From Eledone cirrhosa (lineage: Eukaryota): a stretch of 64,000 bases of DNA. Both the position numbers and the translations under genes were made by a program. Of the stretch, positions 51,351-64,000 are shown in pieces (the stretch's first letter is position 1; each line of letters starts with the position of its first letter). The stretch lies in assembly GCA_964016885.1 (NCBI GenBank), contig OZ024742.1, forward strand, positions 297,104,001 through 297,168,000. The letters are read 5' to 3'. The notes beneath the pieces were generated by a model that was not told where the DNA came from, ran no database searches, and was given only the letters and a program-made list of their open reading frames with translations.

Positions 51351-52119
51351 AAAAATATATATGACAGACTTCTTCATATTTTCTGCCTCTGAAATTCCAT
51401 TCAAAATTCAAATATTGATCAATCGAAGGTTAGAGTAGTACCATGTAATAGGAGCAAACCCAGATCATAAATTGAATATGCATAAGATTATAAATAGCAC
51501 TCTTTTTTATTAATTTTACTAACAACATAAAATGCACTCAACGAAAATGTCAGATTAGATATTGAAATCTACCAAATAATGAAGTAATTATCTCAATATA
51601 TCTACAAGAAAATTTTATTCTACCCAGGAATATCTTGCAATGAAAGTTGAATTCAAACTGATGATGAATATTTCAAAGTGTCAATTTATAACAACGGTGA
51701 TAATTATTAAGTTTTAGTAACACTCCACAATTTCCTTTCATTTTGAATGGTAAGCTAATAAAAACAATCTTTTCTGCAAACTCCAGATAGGTTTATGATA
51801 AAAACTGGTATATAACTCATTGCTTTATGGACAGGATAAGTAATATTTGGTTTCTTTACTAAATTGCAGTAACAAAGCTATGTTAATGAATTTTGTAAAT
51901 ATATATATTGCAGAAAATAAGGTGTTAAGTTGTAACTTAGCGAGGATAGGCCGATTCAGTAGTTTATCCCAGCTAAAAGTTGGGGATTAGGAAAGACAAA
52001 GTATTCATTTTATTCATTTATTAATTAAAAGTAGTTAAAATGGGGTTACTTCACCATAATTGCTTTATTGCATGATATATATTTCTGTTACTCCGGCCCT
52101 TAACTGCAATCCAGAGACA

Positions 52120-52391
52120 ACAACAATCAATGCTCACTGACTAACTGCCCTATCTGTGATACAGGTATGTGCCAGCAGACACATGTGGTATACCGGATTG
52201 AATGCAACAAACATAAGGTGTTCTACATTGGTAGCATGACTCAAGCACTCCACACTCGCATTAAAGAACACCTCAACACACATGCATCCTTATTAAAAAA
52301 ACACATGAACAAATGTAGAAACATCAACCAACATATTATCATTACCATTAAAGCCAGTGACAGAAATGGAGGCAACTTAACAATAGATTAA
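52120..52391 (+). pseudogene. PLE GIY-YIG remnant (third family)
   Basis: CSLTNCPIC..C..VVYRIEC..FYIGS..LHTRIKEH..H..C. Confidence 0.8.
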
Positions 52392-52777
52392 AGCTCAGCA
52401 CACAGTACTTAACATAAAAAGACACACCCACAGGCACACAGAGGAAACATCTCATACAAAAACGAGAATTGATTTCGGGAAATACTATATTGGCAATTGA
52501 CATCATTCATGTGGAAAGCAAAATAACCATTAAAAAAAAGCTTGAAAAACGACTTAGAAACAAATTAAATCAAAATCGAAATTTTATCCCAAAGAGAAAA
52601 AAATGTAACATTACCTACTGAAAGTTCCTTAAACCCTAATTAAGGGACTTTTAGGTCCCAAAATATTGGACAGATAAAAGAAGAACAACCCCTCCCCCCA
52701 AAAAAAACAAAGATTACTTTTCTTTACCTCATCTTACAGTCTATTTTGCATTGTTTAGCCTTCTATCTCTTTCAACG

Positions 52778-52839
<62 letters not shown>

Positions 52840-53729
52840 AAGAACGGACGTAAAACGGTGATGATGATGATGATGATGATATATATAATAGTAAAAAATA
52901 AAAAAAACAGTAGAAAATGCTTAAGGGATTTTCTCTCAGAATTACAGCAAAACATTTATTTATAAAATAGGAATTTCTGCATTATTCACACCAGTTTCAG
53001 TTTATAGGCTTCTTCGTGGGACGGAAGTGTATAATGAAATTGAATTGCATATTAATAAGACTGGGGGGGGGGGGAAATAACATGGTTTACATACATATTT
53101 ATAGAGAGAAAAGTTCACATTTTTGTCAGTCGTTTTCTGTCTTTCTCTCTTGGTGTTGACCATAGCCATTAATAGTGGAAGTAGCAGGGAAAACAATTAT
53201 GCATAACATATAGAACAAAGTTCTAAGTAGTTTCTTTCAAATGATTTTCTATTTACAAAGTATATTGGTCATTTGGTTTATATATTAGAAATCAATTGCC
53301 CAAAGTGCTACATAGTGGGTTTGAACCTGAAAACATTCCCTTATAAAGCAGACCTTTTAATCACACTGCCATTGATGCACTCATAATTTTATGAGTCTCT
53401 AATACACATTTTCTACATAAGAAAGTTGTTTAATAACATTTTTATTTCCTTTTCTAAAAATCTGTTAGTGTTTACTACCATGGCTGAAACAGGTCCTTCT
53501 AATCAATATCTGCCAAAAAGTAATATAGAATTATTCTTAGAATTTATAATCTATTCTTTAGACATGAAATGTGATATATATTTTTTTATATAAAGGGAGG
53601 ATAATATTTGATAATCATTCATTTTCTAAAATTTTTATTAATACAAATTACGTAGTTTTAATGGAAAAATAATACCATAGCATAAGCTGCATTCATTTAG
53701 ACATTGGTAAAAAGTATTTGTTGTTATGA

Positions 53730-53915
53730 TAATAATTGTTTCTACTTTTGGCACAAGGCCAGCATTTACCCAGTACATTACTGGTACTTTATTTAATCGA
53801 CCCCGTAAGGATGAAAGGCAAAGTTAACCTTCACGGGATTTCAACTCAGACCGTAAAGGGACGTAAATATACTGGAAAGCATGGCGTCCGACCTTCTACC
53901 GATACTGCCAATTCA
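53730..53915 (-). mobile_element. SINE family A
   Basis: Reverse complement of the consensus. Confidence 0.75.
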
Positions 53916-54405
53916 TGGTAATAAAACAGTGATATTATAAGAAAATGATAAAACATTATTAAAATCATCGTTTATATGTCTGGATGGTCATCTTGAGGAC
54001 TGCCCATTTTGAACCACTAAGCTGTAGAACATAAACAATTGTCACTGCTGGTTTTAAACTATTGATATGTAAATGTAGCCACAAGCACACACACAGAAAT
54101 ATATTATATATGTATGTATATATATATGGTCTGCCATTACAAGAAAACTGAACTGGCCTCTATCCTCAAATATAACCGGTTCTCTATTTACTATTTTCTA
54201 TTCTCTATTTGTGATTTCTATAATCCTGTTTCCTTACATAACTAATTCTGCAATTAACAACTAGGGTAATTGCTGAAGCATTGTATCATAATTGGATGAT
54301 GAAACTGGGCCATTGAAATATATCAATTTTTTTGCAGGATTTAAATTCTAAGTTTCCAGTCTAGCCATCTGTTGTTTTTCATATACATATATATATATAT
54401 ATATA

Positions 54406-54499
54406 TATAGTTATAGGAATAACCAAAGAGTGCTTAGAAATACATTGTTCTATAAAACAATGTATTTCTAAGAACTCTTTGGTTATTCCTATAACTATA
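54406..54499. repeat. ~94-bp near-perfect palindrome next to (TA)n
   Basis: TATAGTTATAGGAATAACCAAAGAGT..ACATTGTT / AACAATGT..ACTCTTTGGTTATTCCTATAACTATA. Confidence 0.9.
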
Positions 54500-55671
54500 A
54501 CGGCTCTGTAGTATACTAGTTATCCTACATTGAGCTAAAACCACACTGTCATACCAAGGGCATGTCTGGGCATATTGATATATTTGTCAACGAAATATAT
54601 ATATATATATCATGATGTGTGCTTCCTCACAGTTTCCATCTACCAAATTCACTCACATGGTATTGGTCAATCAAATGCTAGAGTAGAACCCACTTGCCCA
54701 AAGTGTCACAGAGTAAGCATCAAATCCCAAACCACATATTTGTGAAGTGAGCTTCTTAACTCTACAGTCAACAGCCATACCATCAGAAAATAATTATGAA
54801 CAAGGAGATATAGTAGAAGAATAAGGTATAATTGTTTCTATTTAAGTGCAATGTTATGATTTCTGACACATATTGTTCAACAGATAAAAACAGTATGATT
54901 TGTGTGGAACCCATTTCAACTCTTATGCTCAAAGGGAAACATATCCCTTCTTATTGTATGGAGCATTCTTCATCAATGCTTTATTTTTGCTTTTCCATGC
55001 TTGCATGGGTTCGATGAGTTTTCTAAATAACAGCATTGACCACTTGTATCTTTCCATTGTCATCTTATCTTTACAAAATTCTGTTTCTTGATGTCAGCTT
55101 GCTCCACCTCTGCCCACGTTTTACTTGGTCTTCCTCTTCCATAGCATCCCTTCTTTTGTTTCTTTTCTTTTTCATCTTCTTGCAGCCAGCTTTCACCATA
55201 TCTTCCTTGCTCTTCCTCTACTACGGCTTCCTTCTACTTATTTCTTTCCTTTGTCATCTCCTTTGTGAGGTGTAGTTTCTGGATGTCAGCTTCCATGATC
55301 TCTACCAACATCTTCCTTGTGTGGCTGACAGAATAACTAAAATCAAATCAATTATTTACATTTACTTCAAATTTCACAATTTTAAAGTGCCTGTTTATAA
55401 AATAAAAATATACGTTTATATAAACTGTTCTAAATATAAAAAGGACAGGGTTTATTGGAACTTTTCAGTATTCATTTTTTTTAAAAGCAATTTATCATGC
55501 CTAACAGAGTTTCAATTTCCTCTATTTTTTTAAAAGATTATCTTATTCTTAAGAATGCTTTTTTTCAGTTGGTGTAAATTATTTAATAAGATTTTATACC
55601 TGAATTTTCTGTTTATACCCAATATAGAATTGATATAATCTCCACATATATGATTATGAATAATTTATATC

Positions 55672-55733
<62 letters not shown>

Positions 55734-55741
<8 letters not shown>

Positions 55742-55949
55742 GTGAGGGTTTTTTTTACAAAATGAAAAATAACCGAGGTGTCCTACACGAGTGAAAGTAT
55801 AAAGAAAAAAAGATGAAATCGAAAATGCAACTGGAGTCTTATATTTAAAAAGATATATATATTTATTTGGTTCTTTTATCGGTTTCGCAGTTCTTCTGCT
55901 TTTCAAAAGTAGAGTTGAGATGGAGGGTCTGTGGTTTTTCTCACATCTG
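55734..55949 (-). mobile_element. Solo pLTR fragment of the Neptune-like family with HHR variant
   Basis: Matches 23866-24078; lies between two (TA)n runs. Confidence 0.85.
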
Positions 55950-58469
55950 TATATATATATATATATATATATATAATCAATGAACAGCTGTTTTTCTTGC
56001 AACCAAGGTTTATATTTATATATATTATATAGATGCATATATAAATTATATATATATATATATAGGAAAATAGATGTTGAATTATGTAGAGAACAAATAA
56101 TTTTCTTGGAATGAACATAAGGCATTTTTTTCATCAACAATAAATCAGATACAAAAGACAAAAATCTATTCATCATGTCATTGTTAGACCTTTTGTTGAA
56201 TTATTTCTTGTGTGATTGATAAATTCTGTTATCTGTTTCTCCCTCTACTAAAATAAATATAGACATTTACTATTTCATCTCATAATTTCAAAACTTTCCT
56301 ACAATTAACCTCTTCAGTATTTCCTGAGTTCATATCATTGCTAACTGCCAATCATAGTTTTGGAAGTTTGAAATACTATGCTTTTGATGAGGCTTATGTT
56401 TATATTTTCATTACAGTGTCATGTTTATAAAGATATATAAATGAAACATGAGATCACCATCATCATCAATTGACCTCTGTTTTCCATGCTGATATTAGTT
56501 GGATGGCTCTTAGACTAGACAGGTCAGGAAACCTTATTTCACTCATATGATCCATTTTTGGCATGGCTTCAATGGTTGGATGCCCTCTCTAATGCCAACC
56601 ACTTTATAGAAACTACTGAGATATTGTTATATTTGTTTCCATCACCATGAGAGAGGTTAGTTAGGATTCTTCCATCTGTTTTCATGATGAGTAATCAGTT
56701 GTTTGACCAACTTGTTCTCCAATCCTTGAGTGGTTAAGAAGTCCATTGGTGTATGCATCCTTAATGTCACTCCCAAGCCAAATCAGAATAACATCATATG
56801 TGACAAGACTGAACGATTGAATTACAGATACTGTCCATCTGACAGGCTTTCAACTTTGTCTGTATTTACATATGATTTGTATTAGGAAAAGCATTCAACC
56901 ATAGAAATTCTCCCAAAATAGAACATACAAGTAAGATTTTGTACTCTGACCATGTGTTTTGTGTGCATTAGTAAATGTGTGATGTGTGTCTATAAGTATA
57001 TTTATTTGTTTTATCCCCTTCAGCTGTACACATGCAGTATTGACAAGATTAATGTAGTCACCATGTGATCAACATTTTGGGGTGGAAGACTTAATCCAAT
57101 GCTTGGGTTAACACCACCACTTTTTGTATGCAAGGGCTATTTTGATCATTCATCATTTTGTTATATTATTTTCTCAAATTGGAATAAACAACATATAAAC
57201 TGCTGCAAGAGCAACACATACAGCAAATCTACTGAGTTGTAAATTGTATATGTCAAAATATTACTATAGCAACAAGATAATGATAATAGTTGAAATAATT
57301 GTCCAGGCCAAAATTTGTAAAGTTGTCAAATTTTCTTACGGTGAACTCCCAATTCACTGAAAGTTAAATTTATATCACACACGATACAATCAGATAAATT
57401 AGAATGGAGACAATAAGAGAATTAAAGAATCAATGGAAAGTTCAGTGGGGTAGAGTGAGTGGGGAAGAGCGATGACATAGTGATGGTGGGGGTGATGGAG
57501 GTTTCTTTAGTACAAAGTCTGAGATATTACTGAAGTTTGTCTTGTAGTGTTGTGGTCACACATGATGGCATCTTCTGACTGATGGGATGTTCCATTGTAT
57601 TTGAAGTGAAATAATGATAAATTGTCTTATTGCTTTACTGAACAATAGAGCTATCAAGAATAAAAGGTCAATTTGTATGGTATCCATTAAGACTTGCTCT
57701 GCCTCCTTCTATTATTCTGATTTCATCTAAACTTTTGATATGGTTCACTGAACAGTATAGACATAAAACTTATTGCTTGATGGTTCACCTCTTTGTTTTG
57801 CCTTCTCCCTTATATTACCACAAACAAAACTATCATCACCAACATCATTGTCATCATGATGATAATCTAAAGTAGTGATGCAGTTATAATTCAAGATACA
57901 AGAAGAAAGTTTCAAATTATAGGGAACTAGGAATTATAATATTTTATAGAATATTTTTTTCATAGTGGAAATGGAAACATCCAGGTTGTTATAGCTGGAA
58001 GGAATGGAGGCATCATCAGCATTGTGACAGTGTTGTTACTACACATAGAAACCTTATTGATCTCTTAAAGGCCATCTTGTTGATTAGTATAGACTAACAC
58101 ACAAACAAATTTACAGAAATATTAGAGACTTGGATATTTGTTTCAGCCCTCTAAGCACTTAATTCAAATCCCACTGAGGTCAACTTTGCCTTTAAACCTT
58201 TTGGGGTCGATAATATAGAGTATCTGTCCATGGATAGAGAATTGGCAGAAAAATGTTTTTTTATGATGTTTGATAGGATCTGGTCTGGCTCTGTGTATTC
58301 TGTGTTCAAAATCCTCTATTACTTCCATTGCAGGCTGGCCTCTCATGGGAAGTAATTGAACTAAAAAAAGCAATTATAAACATTCTCAAATACCAATTGA
58401 AATATATTCCTGATGTTTCATATGCTGCTGTAAGTTGAAATAAAGATTAGAACAAACTCACCAATACAT

Positions 58470-59170
58470 TAAAATCACTAGCCTCAGACATACTGTTATT
58501 GTTTCTCTGCTTCTACTGTTATTACAACATATTCTGCTTGTCTGAAATAGCAAGCAATGACCTAGCCAACACAGTGCAACCATTCTCCCTGATCTCATCA
58601 TCCTTGCTATGTCTCATCCAGAAACTTTGCACTAAAAACTTGTTCAATCTCTCGTCCACAGAACTACAACTTGCAAGAATTCTGTTTGCTGCAATAGTTC
58701 TTAAAAACATCAATTTACAGCCGTTCAAACTGAATATGAACAACTAGCATGGCTGTATAATGAAACATCCTCAATATCCCTCTTAAAGTTTCAATTAAAG
58801 CAAAAATACATCTAACTTTAACATTGTGGCAAATCACACACATGTGCCATAAGATCAGAAAAAGCACAGCTCCCATGACATTTGGAAACATTTTTTCATG
58901 CTCAGAGTTGCTGAAGCATGGAACAAACTACCTGCACCAGTTGTTAGCTGTTGGGACACTGCATCCTTCAAAACTTCCATGCTACCTGAAATTTGCCAAC
59001 ACTACACCTGTTATTCCCCCTCCATACACATGCATGCATGTGTCTGTGTGTATATAATGAATCATATGCTATTCACTTTCCTGACATTTGTATATTAGTT
59101 TATGTACCATACATGCATCTTTAATGAGTTGTAGTGCACCTGAACACTCTACACAATAATTTTCATTATT
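58470..59170 (+). mobile_element. CR1/L2-group LINE 3' remnants (probably two)
   Basis: LCFYCYYN..SEIA; HFFMLRVAEAWNKLPAPVV..SFK; ends in (ATT)n. Confidence 0.65.
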
Positions 59171-59555
59171 ATTATCTTAAGATAACATAATGTCTAAAGC
59201 TATGACTGGGGAAAATATCTATATAATAAGGGCATACATTTGCATTTTGTCTCAAAAAGATATTGCCATTTCTCAATGAACCTCCACAAGATTTGACACA
59301 AAGATATCTATCCCAAAATATTTCGTGAATAAAAATTCCTGACTGAGCTTTGACTAGGGTATAAGAAAAAGGGTTCAAAGAAAGAGAAAGACTGAAAGTT
59401 TTAAGGAGTGCTGATGGGTAATGCTTTAAAATAGAATGTCATTTTATGTTTTTTTCCTTTCAATCTCACTATGATATTTTCCACATAATACACAATTTGA
59501 GTGTGTGTGTGTGCGTGCACACACATATAGTGGTGTGTAGGATTTCAAATATATA

Positions 59556-59750
59556 AATAATTGTTTCTACTTTTGGCACAAGGCCAGCAAATACCCAGTT
59601 CATTACTGGTACTTTACTTTATCGACCCCGTAAGGATGAAAGGCAAAGTTAACCTCGGTGGGATTTGAACTCAGAATGGCAAGGGCCGTAACTCTATGCG
59701 TCAAAGTATGGCGTCTGACCCTCTACCGATACTGCCAATCCACCGCCCTT
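59556..59750 (-). mobile_element. SINE family A, full length
   Basis: Head AGGGCGGTGGATTGGCAGTATCGG; flanked by direct repeat TTCAAATATATAAATAAT (probable TSD). Confidence 0.85.
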
Positions 59751-59934
59751 CAAATATATAAATAATGCATTTGAATGTGGCTTCCTATGCATATATGGAT
59801 TTATATATACTCATTGCATGTTTCTATGTAGATGTATGTGTGTGTATGTATATATATGCATTTACAGATCTTTGAATTCATATACATGCATGTGAGATTT
59901 TCTATATATAAATATGAGTCTTTTTATATGTGTA

Positions 59935-60410
59935 TAAGATGATAATGTTGATGGTGATGCCAATGGTGATGATGATGTTGATGGTGGTGGTGATAATGTT
60001 GATGATGATGATGATGAAGATAACTATAATGATAGTAATGATAATGTTGATAATTTTGGTGATAATGATGATGATAATGGTGGTGGTGGTGGTGGTAATT
60101 GTGGTGGTGGTGGTGGTGGTGGTGGTGGTGATGGTGTGGCTGCTGTTGATGATGATGATGGTCATCAAAGTGCAATAATTATAGATGATTTTTCAGAATT
60201 CTCTTTGTTGTTGTCATCAATATAATAATCATTATGACTATCATCATCATCCTCTTCATCATCATCATGGTCATTATCATCGACATCAACATCATCATCG
60301 TAGTTATCATCCTCATCATCATCATCATCATCATCATTCATCATCATCATTATCATGTAGTCATCATCATCATCATCATTATCATCATCACCATCATCAT
60401 TATCATCAGC
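59935..60410. repeat. Degenerate (GAT/GGT)n then (CAT)n trinucleotide arrays
   Basis: Directly visible; explains the poly-H/I/M/D ORFs. Confidence 0.95.
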
Positions 60411-60809
60411 AAACACAAGGAATTATTGTTCAAAAGAGATAGAAATGTCAATAGTTTGTAATAAGATGTGTATGTATTATAGTATTACTGTTAGATGACA
60501 TCAAACAGTCAAGTTTTAATTGGAAGATGCATTAAAATCTCATCATTCATGAAACAATGTATGGTAGATGCGTGATAGATGTGTGATGAGATGAGTTGAT
60601 GTTATTAACAAAAGGCAAGTCGTTACATTTAAAGGATGTCAAGAAATGGAAGGCTGAGTGTTTGCTATATAGATGTAAATGAAGCTGGCAGTAATTTTAC
60701 AGACAGCTATAGCATAAAAGGTGATAGAGATTTGAGGTATATGATGAATATTTAAAGGACATTAGATTTTATGAGGATAGAGAACCTAGAGATTTCATTA
60801 TGGACATAG

Positions 60810-61052
60810 AACAGCCAGCCTTGCACCCAGCAAGCCAACTAAGCAGCTAACCAGCCAGCTAGCCAACCAGCCAACCAGTTAATCAACAGGAGATAGCAGG
60901 CTCACCAGCCAAGCCAGGCCATCCATCCATACAGCCAACCAGCCAAGCTGTTAACTAACACCAGATAGCGGGCTCACCAGCCAGGCCAAGCCAACCCAAC
61001 CAGCCAGCTAATCATTCAGTGAACCTGTTAAAATGTCGGTCAGCCAGCCAGC
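60810..61052. repeat. (CCAG/CCAA)n satellite with internal duplication
   Basis: AGATAGC.GGCTCACCAGCCA occurs twice (60891, 60963). Confidence 0.85.
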
Positions 61053-61764
61053 TTCCGAGATGTGAATTATATTTTCTCTAAGAAATTTTATTTTCCCAGT
61101 CAAATTACCAACCTTGTCCATATATTCAGTAATTCGTTCATTCCTATTTTGTCAAGTACTTCCAAAATTATTGACAATTTCAGGAAAAACCTTAACACAG
61201 AATTTTCTTCTCGTATTTGCTGAAAAAATGAAAGTAATATCAGATGTTTAAAATATAGGTGACTTTCATTTAAATATATCAATATTTAAGTCTCATAGGC
61301 ATGATAAAATGTGGATAAAAATGATAGAGAAGAAATATATTTGAACACATGCTATCAAAATTGACCTGTGGTTTGTTAAATATATACTTTTCAACTTATA
61401 AAGATGTCAGACAGGTCATTCAGGAAAGAAGATTTTGGTGAAGATATAACAAATACCCTGCTGTACGATTCACAAACTAATTTACAGCAGCTGATCTTCC
61501 TGGTACAGATAAAGTCTACTAAAATAAATCTGACTCATGTACAAACCTAAAATACAATTATATTTGTGTCATTTTATGCTCTTCCTGGTTTACTATTTAT
61601 GCTGTGAATATTGCTGGCTTCCACTGAATAAAAATCCTATCAGAGGAAATTACTATAGAACAAAAACACCACTGGACAAAATGCCCATTTTGTATTTGAG
61701 TGTTGTTTCTTTTCTCCAATAGATTGTTGGCCACGAGATATCTCAGGCAACAACTTTCAGGTAA

Positions 61765-62260
61765 TACAGGGTGAGCACAAAGTCTTTGAAACCACAAAAT
61801 GCACTGAGCTTTTTGTTTCAGAGATGCCAGTTGGTTACTGAAAAATTACAACTACCTCCTGTAAAAGGCACGTGGCCTAGTGATAAGTGTGTTGGAGTTA
61901 TGATCATAATGTCATTGGTTCGATTCCTGGGATGTGTGTTGTGTTCTTGAGCAAAACACTTCATTTCACGTTGCTCCAGTATACCTAGCTGAAAATTAGT
62001 ACAGCAATAGCTGGAAGTTTAACTCTGCGATGGACTAGCATCCTGTCCAGGAGGAAGTCTTGTACTCTCAGTCACTTCACGCCATGAAACCGGGATAAGC
62101 ACCGGCCAAATGAGCCTTCTGTCTTAGAAAATGTAAAATATGTTCAGAAAAAACTTCAAACTTTAAATTTATAAATTAAAACAATCGAAAAGTAAAATCT
62201 CAAATAGTATTCAAGATGTGGTATTTTATAACCAGGGAAAGACTTTATGCTCACCCTGTG
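61765..62260. mobile_element. Tc1/mariner-type MITE interrupted by a family B SINE (61867-62120)
   Basis: TACAGGGTGAGCACAAAGTCTTT ... AAAGACTTTATGCTCACCCTGT TIR pair. Confidence 0.7.
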
Positions 62261-64000
62261 AGCATAAAGTCTTTCCCTGGTTATGATTGTGGATCTATTA
62301 GATTGTTATAACTATTATTTTGGAATACTGAATATTACCAGATGCTCTGGTGCCTGTCACCATCACTTAATTGGAATGAACAACAGGTCTTTCTAGAACA
62401 AAAAATTAAAATGCATGTGAGGAATTTCAACTACTCTATCCCTTCAGCTGCTTCCTCTTTACAGTAAACTTTAGCATTTACTTATCTTATTCTTTTACTA
62501 GTTTTAATCATTAAATTGTGGCCATGCTAGTGTACTACATTCAAAAGATTTAGTGGATCATATTGACCACAGTAAATATTTTTCAAGCCTGGTACTTATT
62601 TCATATATTTACTTTCTCGTGCAATAACCTTTGTCATTGCTATTTGGTCACACCAATTCTTTTCTTAAAGTAGGGGACATTTCTTTGCTATCTAAAATAT
62701 AAAATCAATTCCATTATAGATTACATTTTTGTAGGGCAGCTAAGTTACACACACATACATATTTACATAGAACACAAGCTTCCCCACATTTGCCATCTAT
62801 CAAACTTCACTCACAGTGTTTTTGTCAACTTGATGCTATAGTATAGTCACTTAGCCATGGCGACATACAGTAGGATTAAATACTAAACCATATCGTTGAG
62901 AAGTGAACATCTTAACCATACTGCCACTCCTGGGCCCATGCATACTTATATAAATTATAATTATAGTTGATGTCATTATTATAATAATCATCATCACTAA
63001 CAACACTGACATCATGATTCCAACATTCCACCACTGTTCTGTTATTCTGATAGTGCAACTGAAAGTTTCTTAATATGTATTGATTTATAACATAGGCACG
63101 GGGTCTCAAATAACCAACTGGAAAACATGAATGAAAAATAAAGCAAAATAAATAATATTTCATCATATTAAAATGTCGAAAACGTGTTTGTAAAAGATAT
63201 TATCGTGGTAAAATGTCAACTACAGAAAAACGTCTGAACATCTATTCACATTAAATTGTTAAAGTAAAATAAGAAAATTCTACAAGATACATAAATATAC
63301 ATCATTATATAGCAAGAGAGAACAAGCAGATAGATGATTAAAAACGATTAAAATGTCATAATATATTTAATGTATTTTCTCTAATTCGTTCATCTCTAGA
63401 ATATTTGTAAATAGAAATTATATGTCTAAAGTGGATAAGATTTTTTGGTTTCTTTTAAAATGTCTACAATCAGTTTGAATCACCTTAGATAATGTATCAT
63501 TCCAGTGTGCATTGTTTGATAGTGCATAAAGAAAAACCCACACTGGACAATACCCCAATCGTTCCCATCACTAAAAGTTACACAGAAATCTGTAAATAAT
63601 GATTTCTTTCTTTGCCCATTTCATCTGCTTGCAAATTTCAACCAATCAACAATGTCGTACTATGACCCCATAAAGTAAAGGACCAATCACAATTGCCATA
63701 TTATGTGGCTAATGATTCTCGAGCAGCACCAAAACTATGTTGTTTTTTTTTGTTGCTGTGGTGTATTCATGGTCATATTTAGATCTTGTGGGGGGCTCCA
63801 CATACACAAAAAATTAGAGTACACAGCAAACCCCAATTTTATATACCAAAGTCAACTTGGTGCAAGTTGAAAAGTTATACCCACAGTTATTAAATCAAAA
63901 AATCTAAACATCCTCATTTTATGTCCACTTTTCACACTAGCATGTGTTGGGCAGGTTGTCACAGTCCAAGACCAGACATATTAGAATGGCCTCTTCTTGC

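Noticed and set aside
59902-60461. His/Asp/Ile/Met-rich ORFs
   Set aside because: Translations of trinucleotide microsatellites in all frames
62339-62392. 54-nt minus-strand exon candidate
   Set aside because: Splice-like signals only; no homology or partner exons

Overview
AT-rich eukaryotic, repeat-dominated intronic or intergenic DNA. The SINE families and (TA)n/(CAT)n density look molluscan, probably Octopus (inference). No host gene can be called with confidence; there is one weak exon candidate. Content: two Penelope-like elements (PLEs; RT + GIY-YIG) with inverted pseudo-LTRs inserted in (TA)n, several ORF-less pLTR derivatives, RTE, R4/Dong, L1/Tx1 and CR1/L2 LINE remnants, a mariner, a Helitron 3' end, MITEs and many tRNA-SINEs. 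At least 6 unrelated families of minimal type I hammerhead ribozymes (HHR) are visible. Main discovery: two diverged, circularly permuted copies (22474-22987 +, 27160-27570 -) of a ~410-470 nt non-coding unit carrying an octamer ATGCAAAT, a canonical HHR in a long rod-like stem and positionally conserved hairpins. It is a candidate retrozyme/circular-RNA-derived element, and one copy sits inside a PLE. All alignments and folds were done by eye; coordinates of degenerate repeats are approximate.
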